A stretch of 64,000 nucleotides of DNA from Antedon mediterranea. Taxonomy: Eukaryota > Animalia > Echinodermata. The translations under genes and the position numbers were made by a program. Shown one piece after another: positions 26,201-39,310 of this stretch; the first letter of the stretch is position 1, and each line of letters starts with the position of its first letter. The notes beneath the pieces were generated by a model, which was given only the letters and a program-made list of their open reading frames with translations, was not told the DNA's origin and searched no databases. Location of the stretch: positions 2,604,001 to 2,668,000 of the forward strand of contig NC_092673.1 in the NCBI RefSeq assembly GCF_964355755.1, in the 5' to 3' direction.

Positions 26201-26744
26201 ATTGCCAAGTTCAATATCAGAAAACACCATACAGTAAACAGATAAATGATAATAAATAAATATTTTTTTTTAATGGATTTGTTTCATTGATTGATATGAC
26301 GTGAGTCAATAAAAACTAAACTTCTTAATAACTGAGTAATCTCAAAGAGTTTTGAAGTTTCAATTAATGATTAACAGAAAATACATTACTAATGTGCCTA
26401 CTACGTAATTAATCAACAGAGTTGTGGCTTTAAACATTTCTGATATGATCAATATGCATTCAGTTGACCCTGTGGCTTTTCATGCAGACTCAATCTAAAA
26501 CTAAGCCTGCCTGAATGGCCTAAGCATCAGCTTTTCAAACAGGCTTAGGGTGAGTTGATAGGGTTACCCAACAAGCTTTGCCAAAGTTAATAAGTTCATC
26601 TAATGCTGTCTCAGTGTAGACAGGTAAAATCTGATTATTTACCATTTCTAATACCTAAAATAAACAAGACACTATACAGTATTATTTTTTTATCATAATT
26701 GTACTTGTCTGTACATTATTCCTGCAATGCTTACCGTATACTAA

Positions 26745-26812
26745 AGCTCTGTCTACACTATCACTTTATGTGACAAAAAAATGTGATGTGCTTTGATAGT
26801 GTAGACAGAGCT
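26745..26812. mobile_element. Harbinger-like MITE family A, internally deleted copy
   Basis: Both TIRs present (agctctgtctacactatca / tgatagtgtagacagagct), 68 bp in total. Confidence 0.8.
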
Positions 26813-29576
26813 TGTAACAAAAAGAACCAGACTACTACGGGGTCTGAGGTTCCTACAAAAAATTATCCATACTGTAGTTGTACAGTAGTTCTTGTATACA
26901 AAAATCCATACAAACTCAAATTAATGACAAAGAAATCAAAACTCGTAATACATATGCATTCTCAATTCCGAGAGCTTTCATTCTCTAATGGTCATCTGGG
27001 CATTGGTTTTCATTACGTTTCTTAATGACAGCAGGGATTTTCCAGGGCATGATATTAATAATGAAATGAGACATTTAAAGCATTAATCATTTGTAATGTA
27101 TAATTAACATTCTCTGGGTCGTTAACATGAATGTTTTTGTATTTGTGGACTGTACCATTTAGGGAGAGGGGTGTTTTTTCACTTGAGTATATCTCGTTCT
27201 TCGAGGAAAAAATGGCATTTTTCGGTTAATCCGGGTAAGCTAGGCACGAAATAGACGATGCTTTTCACATTATCATTTTTGTATCAATTATTAAAATGAA
27301 ATTTGTACAGCAATAAATGCATTTTTCTTTACTAATTTATATCATTTGCATTATACGAGAATTACACAAACATTTTGATATTAAAAATGAATAAAAAACA
27401 ACCATGAAACATCAATATATATTATGAAATTGCAATTTTAATTTCTAGTAATAAAATATATTGCTATTAATTTATTAAGAGGAAACCTATAAAAATGCTA
27501 ATTTTTTACAGAATCTTTTATAAAAAAAATTATAAATTTGCATACTACTGTATATTTGTTAAAAAAGAGATAATTAATCGGAATTTAACAGCATGCACAC
27601 TGTTTTGAAGAAAAAAGAATGTGTTTGACATAATTTTCAACTTTTTCCATAAACTTTTGCGTACAAAAGTTTGAGGACGTAAAGGCGCCATCGTACCATA
27701 CGTCTTGTTACATTTAAGTGAAGAGGAGCTTGATGTTAAAATAAAATGTTATGAAAATAATATTGAGTACAGTTCAAAGGTCAATGTGTATGCTTTAATA
27801 CAAAATCAGTCATAAGCCATAAAAATCCTATAAAGCAAGGTAGATTTGGACCAAAGCCCATGGGATTGGAAGGCTGGCATCTTTAATTCAAGCCATAAGA
27901 AAGGAAAATGCTTAAAAATATGATTATGACCACCCTCCTCCAGTATATTTTATAAAGATTGTGAATTCACAAGAACCAGCTTCAAGTTGAAGCCGCTTGA
28001 GACAATCCCATCATGCCTAGTACTAATCTACCTGTTAGCATAGCAAGCACTATGAATGGCTAATTCAATCACATGTCATTCAATAAATGGTTGACATCAC
28101 TATGGCGACCATCTAACCTCGGAACTTTGCCTCAAACAAACCTGATGGCCCTCTCAGCAAGAACTTGATAACGTCAACATAAAAATAATTATATTTAGCT
28201 AGATATAATTATATTTAGCAGAACAAGACACCTTAATAGGGAAAACAAATTGTGGAGGGGAGACTTATATTTATTTATTTTTTTCTTTGTGGGTGAACTC
28301 TCCAGTACAAGATTGTTCTCCCAGAGGGCCCAGGAATATCCTAAAGGAGAAAAAACATGGACATGGACAGACTGTACATTTTCTACTATAATCATCATAG
28401 TTCTAAAGTTTATTGGTTTGAAACTTTTAAAACCTTTTGTCTTGTCTTTTATTATTTAAATCTGCTATCATAAATCAATTTTGATCAGTAATAAAGTTTA
28501 ATACTCTCTGCTACACTACTTAGAAAAGCAACGTAATCTACTGGTAGTAGGTTTTATTGTTTTCATGTTACCCTTTTACACATTAAACTATGATTTAATA
28601 CCAATAATAGCGGATTATCTTACTATATTTACTTTCAATAAAACTAATGGAACATTGTACTTTAATGACATAAATAACTGTAATTATGTGATACAACATC
28701 ACATGTGACGCCTGTATCATAGGCACCATAATCCTAAACTTAATCTTACATGATATTATAAGGGCCACATGTTACACTGTATTAAACATTTGCCTATAAA
28801 CAGTATGATGCTAGTGAACAGATAATGAATGTGGTGATAACATACAGAATCGGGTGTTGTTATAATGAAAAATTAATTTTGAAAGTTCATTAAAAAAAAG
28901 TTGTGAATTTGTGCTAATTCATTAAACAACAAACTTGTCTATATAACACCTATTATACCTCATCTGTCGCCGTATTGGCTACCGGCCAAAGAATGAATCA
29001 TCCTATGTTACAGTTTCCTACTAATGCTAATGGTTACTATATATTGCACTGTGGTAATATAACAGTATGTAATTACTAGTTCCATACCTCAGAGTTTGCA
29101 TCGCTTCATAAGCGAACGTGCGTGAAAACTCTTTAAATAAAATTCAAAACAGGACTAGAATTTAGTATTACTGTACCATGAATAATCTACAATATTTTAC
29201 GAGTGGATGGATAGTATGGCTTTAAACTAAACACACAAAACATCAAAAACCTTTCGGTGCAATAAAAAATTAAATGTACGGCATGAAAAGCTTTACAGTT
29301 TTTCCATTTGAGATATTACACAAGCTACGAGCTGATGGTAATTAAAAATTGAAAAGGCCGCGCTTCTTGCAATACAGTATTAAAATTGCTTATTTTGTTG
29401 ACAAAGCAAAAGATAAAATACAATTTTATTATTGTATTACGGCTCAAACATCTAGCGATTGTAGTTTGCATTTGATATTTGATTATAGATGGAAGCGGTA
29501 GATATAGTATAATTGATAAAGGTTTACTTTAGAATCGTAGGCCTAATGTATTGACTTCAGAGTAGTTTAAAAAGTG

Positions 29577-29800
29577 GAGTTGTGGCTTGGTGGTTATGCT
29601 TGGCTACCACTCCAAGGGTCATGGGTTCAAATCCCATAACATATCAGGATTTTTTCTAAGGAAAAAATTAAAACTCCACTTCCAAAGACTTGTAATAAGA
29701 CTTTATGTAGAGCATCTTGTGTATGTTTGTCTTGTTAACCTCTGAGGGTCCCTAATGATCAGCAATTGCTGGATAGATCACTCTCATTAAATATGATAAA
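29577..29800 (+). mobile_element. tRNA-derived SINE
   Basis: Head with A-box-like gtggcttggtgg and B-box-like ggttcaaatccc; A-rich 3' end; tail resembles the minus-strand fragment at about 20500-20575. Confidence 0.6.
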
Positions 29801-32800
29801 AAAAATTAATAATAAATAGTACTGTACGCTGCTATACTACTGTATACATTACTACACAGCATATTTTAATTCCAACAACAACTGTGAATTTAAGGGAAAT
29901 AAATTATGTTAGGCCTAGATGCTCCCAAATCCTTCCTACCATGCGTCGCGCACGATATTTGCGATAAACTTTATAATAGGAAAACTGTAATATATTCCAT
30001 ATCAAATTTAACACTTGGTAACCCCTGCCTAAGTCAAATACATATTGTGAACAGGGTAGAGTAGATAAATATGGAATGTTAGCCAATGATCATTAAATAT
30101 TGACATCAAATGTAAGAGTATGTAAACAAAATGATAAATTGGACCAAGTATCAGTGATACTGATGAACAAATGGCAGTGGCATTTAAATAAATCAAACAA
30201 ACTTTACTACTATGCAAATGGCCGTATTATGGCCTATCTTTAAAGTTTAAGATACAACGTTTATGGAACAAAATACTTCAGAATAAAATTTAATGTCTTA
30301 ATAAAAGTACTATATACTAGTAAGTGCATCTTGGCTACATGTCAACTGTTCTATTTTCATATTATAACTTGGCATAATAAATAAGTCTATACAGCTAAAA
30401 CAAATTTCTTAATATTATGGCATCATGTACTGTACTGTATGTTTATTAAGACTGGATATTGAATAACAAATTACTGTAGTATCATTCTATTAATTACAAA
30501 AAAAATTCTTATTATTTAAGATTTATATTAGCATTATGAAACATAATTTGTATATAATTTTATGCAATTGACAATGGAAATAACTTTCCAACGATGAATG
30601 AATAAATACTTGTTGGATAATCTGTTGCTAGGCATTGTGCAATTTTGATATGATATTATATAAATGGTACAAGGTCTTTTGTTTACCTAGAGACTATTGC
30701 CACTGTCAAATCCAGGGTTTACGATCAAGTAGCCAATCAAACGAGAGAAGCAATGACAAAAGACAATGTCTTGGGATTTGCTCGTGAGTTATACAGTACA
30801 TGCCAGATTGGTTGTAAGTTTACAGATTCATGCAATCATTTTGATGTTCATTTTTTATGCTATTTGCAGTTTCTCAGGACAGCTGCTACTCAGTTACTGT
30901 TGTATATCCTGGGAACTACTGAACGAAGAGCAAAATGAATACTTCAACAATAATTAAATACTAAACACACTAAGAATATTAATATGTATGCTACTTGTAT
31001 AACTTCTGGTGACTACTGTATATAACACTCTCAGTTATATGATGATCTTGGGGCCCATTCCTCCTGCGATCAAATAACCGATTAATACCGTACTGTAAAA
31101 CAAAATTTATCCATAATTTCTTAAAACAGCAGAAACAGGACAAATTTCAATTAACAAGTTATTGTACAGTATATGACGTCCACAAAATAACTATTAAAAT
31201 CACCCAATTGGGTGATTTGAATGTCATTTCACCAAATTTCGCTTTGAAAAATTTCAATACAATGAAAAAAAATAAATAAATACTTTATTGACCGGTGTTG
31301 ACCTTCAGTACACTACCAAAGCATCCTGAACGTTTTACCGCCTGAGCGCTTTGCATTTTTAATAACCTCTTTTTTTTTAAATGGTTTTAAACTTAAATGA
31401 GGTTGATATAGATTTTATCCTATAATCACAATTCAACGTTCTGTAGCAGAAACAGGCCAATGGTTGAAGACCGCAACAATTTTGGAAGAAATTCTGAGGG
31501 TTACGTCCGGTTGTTGAAGAAATAGGAAGTTGAACAAGAAATAAACAAAGAAATAACAATTTTAAAGTCTTTTTAAGAAAGATCTCATTTTCATATTTCA
31601 ATTGTGTGCTTATTTCTAACCTTTGTCAATACTATTCATATATTAGAAATGGAAATACTAAGTAAACAAGTAAACAATGTAAACTGTAGCAAAAAATCTA
31701 ATGAAATAATCTATTTGCTTCATTGTCCAATGAAAACCTCACAACGCCATTACTTTTAATGGAATTATTGACCTGATGTTGTCAAATAAATTTCTAGTTT
31801 TATGGATAAGAGCATGTATGCAGCCTCGTAAGTCGACTTAATCAACACAAAGAAACTGGGAACATGTCTTCTTAATCTATAAGATCATTAACAGAATGCA
31901 GCACCATACGGAGAATGCTTTAAATACTAAATTTTAGATGTAAATTTTAAAATGAAAAGAACACATACAGTATTAATAATAATGACTGCTGACGAAATTC
32001 AATTATGAGGATAAAATGATAGACTTGATGAAAATGACAGACAGCAATAATTATGATGATGTCAGGTGACAATGATGTCAGGTGACGATGATGTCAGGTG
32101 ACGAGTATCATGACAATGATGATGTTAGCAATAGCCTCGGCTATTCCCCCACCCCCAAGCCTAAGCTAGAGGCTTCCTTGAATAGGGCGTACTAAAATGG
32201 TCTCCCCTATTAATCTTTCCTGTCTCCGATATCTTAATACAAAAACCATTGAAACCATTTTTAAACAACTACAGTATGGCTCTAAAAACCATACTATACT
32301 ATAGTAAATCAAAATGAATCAAAATACCACACACTGTTATGTGTGTGTTTACCTACAAAACATATTTGGCATTAAACTAATTACTAGAGTTCATCAGCGT
32401 ACCGGACACAATTTATGCACAGCACAGCTGTATCTAGTATATCGAGCTGCTATAGAATCTTAACAAACATTCACAAATGGCAACTCTTTGTGGTTCAAAG
32501 AGAGCCTTTAGCCTATTGTGCTCACTCATATGAATAATATTGCAAGCCCACCCATTTGTTAACTGTTAATTAAATTTATAATTTAAATCGTTTCTACAGC
32601 GAGTTCTAAAATTATATACAGGAAATAGACATGCGACTATCTTCTACAACACAGCTTACTGTACGCCATTTGTTATAATTATTATAATCACATTGTATGT
32701 AGTTAATAAATTCATAGATTTTAATATCATTAATGTGCAATGTATTTTAGTGAGAAACTTAATGGATTTTCATTAAAAATAGAAATTTCAATTTAAAGGT

Positions 32801-35800
32801 TAAGTTAGTAGAGGATCCATTAATGTGTAGTGGTTTTATACAATGCCTCATTATGGGTAATTAATACTGATTTAACTGTATTGTATCTAAACCACAAAAC
32901 ATTGAAATGATGATACAAACTATTATGTTGCTACTAAAGATAATTAATGGAATAATGATAAAATGTAGCACTAAAGAAACGCTATTAATATTAATTTACT
33001 ACAAAATAGATGCAACAAAAACAATACATATGATTATAAGATATAAGATACTGTACAATCAGTGGATAGAATTAGAACTAATGTAATTTACAATACCGTA
33101 GTGAATACTGTAGTAAACATTTTTTTTTAGAAACAAGTTTTATTTAATGTTTTGGAAAAGGGTGTGACAAATAATTTCAAGGTGTATGATTCGTCATTTG
33201 GTGGTCCAACATGCCTTCTTATGCTTGAATGAAACGTTAAGAAAAATCTTCCCCTTCCCATCTCCCTCCAACTCCCTTAAAAATGATTGTGACTTGGTCT
33301 ACCAACGGTTTACCACCAGGTTCACCTCTATCCTTTGTACAAGTCCTGCTTCTACAGTATATTGAACTGGTCAACTAAAGTATGTGCCATTTTCCATTCT
33401 TAAATAAATTGATTAATAATTAACCAATCATTGAAACACCTTCCTGCACTTTGAAGTACTGTAGCAAAGTTTTAATTTTGGGACAATAACAGCAGCTGCA
33501 GAGGGATAAAGAACATAATGATGATTATGATGACGACAATGATGATGATGTCATCGGCTATATAGTGAATTGCAATATCCAATTGCCTTATGGGTACTCT
33601 TGCACATTTCATGACAACAGACACGTATGCAGCAAAGTGATATTACATACTTTATGTACAGTATTGTCCCCCTAAAAAAATAATTATTAAAACATTTTTT
33701 GTTGAAAGTGCCATTTTAATGTCACCTAATAGTTATCCACTTTGACCAAAAATCGGATCGAAAAGAAAGTGTATTTACAGTACCTAAAAAACTGTAATTT
33801 AAAGCAAAAAATAGTCAAATTGGCTGACAGCCAATGGGTTTTTGGTTGAATTTAACCATTTATTTTGCCATTTTATAAGTAAAACCATTAATTTTTTCAG
33901 TATTTTTTTCTACAGTACGGAAGTGACTTTATTAAAACTACAAAATAATCTATTCAAAGTCTGATTTTATTAATCTTTATTTTTCATGTTTTTGGGGAAC
34001 AATACATCTTTAAAGTTCTACTTATCAGTATAAGTTTTCATTTCATGAATAATGCTGTACATTATAGCACAAAAACATACACTGTATAGTCCTCCTGATA
34101 GTCCTCTATTAAATTAATAACTGCGACAAAAATTATGATTGTGAAAGGAAATATTAAGGGGATTGTCTGTCCAAAGTTGTTGATTTAACAGAATAGTAAC
34201 TGTACTGTACATTAGGCAACTTTAATGTGTTTAGGCCTATATGTAAAAATTAAAAAAAAAAAAAAACTAGGGAAAATGTTGGTTTTAAAAATTGTATAAT
34301 AATATTTAAATATATTGATGGTCACTTCCTCTGCTTAATGCACACTCAGACACTGGCATAATATACCAGCCCACAACTGGTCTGACCTTATGACCTATTG
34401 TTTCCATGCATAAGGCTGTTTGCTACATTCCATAGTATATTAAATTCTGTATTGTTTTCCAGCTTTACACTTACAACAGGAGTTTAAACTTCAGTATTCC
34501 TCAATAATGAAAATACTGTAATACTTATACAATAATACATCAATTAATATACATGAATGATAATTTAGTATTCTAAAATTTACATACCTTGGGGCTCACT
34601 AGTTTACGACGTATAGAAAATTCAGTTTTTAATTTTGAATTCAGTTCAATAAACCTTTCAAGGTACTATTTTGAATTAAACAAGGCAAAACAGTCCTAAT
34701 TTGTGAAATGAAAAGAAATTCTACTACAGTATGTATTCTATTAGACTACAGTTAGCTTTTAACATAGAGATTGCTGAATGGTCCAGTCTTACCACATTAA
34801 TGTAGCAGTCACTCGACCTAGCATTGGAAAGCAGTATCTGTACTGCAGATACTGTAGAAAGTTGATATTGGCATTCTAAAGATACTGTACAGATAGTGCA
34901 GTACTTTAATAAGGGCCAAGGCATGGATCAGGTGTAGTACTGTACTGTATAACTGTACTGTATAATGCTAATGGAAAAAGAGAAAGTCTATTGTTTGTTT
35001 ATTGTACATCTACAGTAGTATGATCATCAACAAAGCATGTACTGTAGCTCCTATAGTAGGATCAATTAAACACTAATAATGAATGTTAAAATACTACTTT
35101 CTCATCTAGTATCCACCATAATAACACCAGGTGCCTAAAAATATTACAATAAATTACAAGTTCATAATTATATCGTGAGACAAGGCAGCTGCACCTATTC
35201 AATTTTTATACGCTCCTAGTAACTTTCTAAACTTCTTTTCCTGCAGTGCAACCGGTCATATTGTCAATTCTTTTACACTTAGTTTTCACTTACAGCATGC
35301 CAATTGTGCCTAACTTATCAAGCGTGACCGAAGGATAAATAGAACTGCAGGAATGGAGCGTGTCAGTGTATAGTAAGAGAGAGGATTCCAAATGCTTCAG
35401 CAAATGATAAACATCCATGATACAGGACTAGGGGCCATATTTTAATATAATTAGCATACAGAAACCATGCGAAGGATAATCCAGATTTTTAAAGCCGATA
35501 GAATTCACTCCTTGGAACCGAGCCAAGACTCTGGGCTATGAATACATTTCAAGAGACTTTCAGATGTTTACAATTGGATTAATAATAATATACAATTTTT
35601 AAAAAACAAGACAGATCTAGATGTAATGTAGATTATATTTTTTTGCATGGAAAATTAAAATCTAATTAGCATACTGTACCACCTGCACAGGATTTAGTAA
35701 TACGAGTGTTAGGCTAGGATCCTAAATATCCATAAACATGTTAATAATAGGAAAAGATTATCCATAAAGATCTAACACAATGTACCATACCATTATTACT

Positions 35801-37699
35801 GATACCGTACTTGGCATGAAACACGCAACTTCTTAGACATACAGTAACAGAAAAATATTTGATTTTATTTTTTAACACATTATCTTCAATATTCATTTAA
35901 TTTCCTTTATTTCAGATAGTACATCTATAGTAATAGTAAATATCAAAACAATTCACCAGGAAATTAACAATATACTGTAAGATAATATTATATAATTACT
36001 GTATCTATAAGTACATGTAATGTATTATCATTAACAAAATATTAGACTTTACACCAGACAATATACCAAAAATCAACCATTAAAGACAGTATGAACTTGT
36101 GAATGTGAGATCTTATTGTATAAAAAACCGGGTCAAATGGTAATGAAAGTATGAATAAACATTGTGATACAAGAGGAAATGGCAGCCATGTGTACAAAAC
36201 AGTCTGACCTTCATTTGTTTTTATAGCTTACACACTGTATTGGCAACCACAGCCAAAATACTCTAAAGCCTAAAATTGTTGGGAAATATCAATACACAGG
36301 GATTGGTACTACTAATCACTGTATTATACAATTTCTTTATCTTGTTGCTCTGCATAAACTTCAGCCTACCTACGATGCATATGTTTTTATGTATAATATG
36401 ATTCTATCCAATACCTACAGTAAACGCATGCGAACTGCTATTCCACGTCGTCAGGTTAAATGTTCATCATGTTTCTATGGAAACTGATCAAGTAAGGATT
36501 GCTTTATTATTATTTGATGGAATTATAAAGTACACATGCAACCTGTGCATGTGATCGCAATGTTGTGATTTGATTAACAGGCGGAAATTAGCATAAAAGA
36601 CGATAATCGCTTATTTTAAACATACTATTAATAATTCTATATTAAATTTTATATACATGAAAGGTACATTAAGCATAGTGTACTTGTTAAAATCAAAATG
36701 CAACATATTTTAACTCTGATGTTCTATTGGCTATTTTTTCTATCCAAAAACATTTTATAAATTTAAAATACAAGAAGGATCCTCGATCAATAAAAACAGC
36801 ACAAATCTTGTAAATATTCTATAAAAGCATTAAATTTTAAATACAGAATCATCCCTTTTCTTAAATCTCTGTATAATATTATAATTATAGATAATTAAAT
36901 TAATAATGGTAATTCTATAAGTTGGGTTAATATACGGACCAAGGTCAACGCAAGCGAGAATATTAGGTCTACTGTACCTTCCTATATCGAATTGAAATTA
37001 ATTTTACAGTTCTATTTTAATTAATTTTAAATGAGAAACCAATTTCAGGGAGTGTGAATATCAGCATATCATTCAGTTATTCAATTACGTACACTTGCAT
37101 TTAAATCTCAAAATATAATTTAGCAGGATGCGGTTGTGATTAAAGTTTCATTTGACGCAGGAAGTTTAAGGAGCTTTAAACAGAACCAAAGCTGCTGGCC
37201 TAGACAAAAGAATAAGGAAGTGTGTACATCATTCACATTCTGCTTACAATGAATAAATTTACATAAATTGGAAAACATAATTCTTTTTACCTCTCACACT
37301 GTAATATCCAAAGCCATAAAACAACATAAACAATCTATAAACTCCATATTGGACAGATTGTTTGTAGATTGAATAAACAAAAAACGTAATGTCATCAGAG
37401 CAATAAATAACAAGTTGCAATGTTTAAACTCCAAAATAATATAGCGACTGTGATTTGACAAGTTTGCAAACCAAACCTTTATTGCAAATAAAGCCAAGAT
37501 TTTAAAAATACCTTGTCTTGTGATTAATGTTCACACTGTATCACACACAGATAGTGTGGCCTAGGCTATACTTGACAAAAAAAAATAAAAATTATCGACT
37601 ATTTATGGCACTGTAAATTTAAATTGTGGTACCTTGGTCAATATACCGATGTAAAAAATAAGTCTACATAAAAACGAATAAGAATTCTGGGAATATTAA

Positions 37700-38325
37700 A
37701 GCCCCATTCCCTACGTTTTTTAGATCTAATTTAAGATCACAAACTATATTTAATGTAAAAATAATACTATATGGTCCTATTGCGATAACTTTTTTCGTCT
37801 TTAAACGGTTAAAAATGTGAAAAATAAATCGATTTTAATAATTATAGCGGCCCGCTATAAATCCCAAAATGCATTGCGCGCGGATTGATATTTTTGTTTT
37901 TCACCTGTAATTCGCCCACTTTTCGATCGATCGTGAAGCCAAAACAAATGGAAGACTCCTAACTTTTCAGCGAAAATACCGGGTTTTCCCCAATATTTAT
38001 CAACGGAGTCTGGCAAAAATAGAAAGACAATTAATGCAGCAACTATACAACGTCAGGCTAGGTATATAGCTAGCGTACGATGTTCGTACGTTACCGATGT
38101 TTACCAGCTAGGCCTACAAAACTAAGCCTAGCTAGGCTAGGCCTGAGACCGTCCACGAGAGGTCGATCGCCGCGAGCTACTTAGGTAGTGCATTGTTTCT
38201 CACTTTTTATCATAATTTACCATAAAACGTACATTTAAGACAAGGAATGACATGGTTTAATGTTTTTAAAGTGATATATATGTATTATTTTCCAAAAAAC
38301 GTCCAAAATTGCAGGGAAGGGGTCT
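37700..38325. mobile_element. non-autonomous DNA transposon with TTAA TSD (Kolobok-like)
   Basis: TTAA|agccccattccct...agggaaggggtct|TTAA; imperfect TIR beginning AG; CpG-richer than its flanks. Confidence 0.75.
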
Positions 38326-39073
38326 TTAATATTTTTTCATCAATTTTGCATTCCTACTTTACGGAGTGCTTTGTGCTAATTTGACATGGTCCGTATGATT
38401 ACTTATTTAAGTCTGGTCCTTCATTGGACAGTTTATGTGGATACAACATAAAATGATAAATTCTTCAGTTGACCAACAAGTGACAGTTTGGATGGTCCAG
38501 CGTGTCACGATTGGTCAAATATACTTGTGGTGCGTCGATAGATTATGCGGTATAATCATTAAATTAGAAACTAGGCCTAGCCTACTGTACCTACAGTACT
38601 AATAGGCCTAGCCTACTGTAGGCAACATCTAATAATAATGGCTAGCCAGTATCCTAGGCCCAAGCAGCCTACTAGAGGCCCTATTTTTTAGATTAGTTTT
38701 ATTTAGGCCCTAAAAACTAATGCAATTTAATATCTTTAACATAAAAATAAAGGCTAAAAGCAACTAAATTAAAGACATGATATATATAAAAATATTCATT
38801 TTTTATGAAATATTGGGGTCAAAAATTGCTTCCAAAAAAAGTTTAGGCCACCACACAAAAATGAATAACCTGCCTGCTTGGGCAGGCCTAGGCCTCGAGT
38901 CCTACTACTAACTAGGCCTACTTATTTTACTAGGCTACACGACGCACGTTAAATATAATATAAGCAAACAAATAATCTTCATACTTAACATTTCCGACTA
39001 GTTTAATAAAAATATCTATTAGGCTAGGCCTAATTCTATATACTTGTTTATATTTGAAGAAAATAACGCTTAC

Positions 39074-39310
39074 CACGGAGTAAACTAAGTCCCTTTTCTA
39101 TGCCTGATTTTCTTGCCTTTATACACAACCTACTCATACCAGCTCTCAGCCTGAATGAGCGAATGGTTTCGCGAAACAAGGCAATGTACTCGCGAAACAG
39201 CTGCTTGTCGAAGGGTCAATGCTTGTGTTTATTTGATTATCACACACGAAGGCGGGGTCTCCCTCTTTCCGTCATTCATTCAGATCGCAAGTAAAGCCGC
39301 AGAGGAATTC
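39074..39310 (-). promoter_or_regulatory. probable FAM53 promoter and first (5' UTR) exon
   Basis: CpG-rich patch with a GC box (ggcgggg at 39251), two tcgcgaaac motifs and a minus-strand donor gtg|gtaagc at 39074/39073. Marks the switch to CpG-poor DNA leftwards. The link to FAM53 is inferred. Confidence 0.5.

Noticed and set aside
29577-29640. tRNA gene
   Set aside because: A/B boxes are present but there is no complete cloverleaf, and the sequence continues into a SINE body and tail.
33660-33993. Possible TTAA-type DNA transposon (gtattgtcccc / ggggaacaatac)
   Set aside because: The left end and TSD are eroded, so boundaries cannot be fixed.
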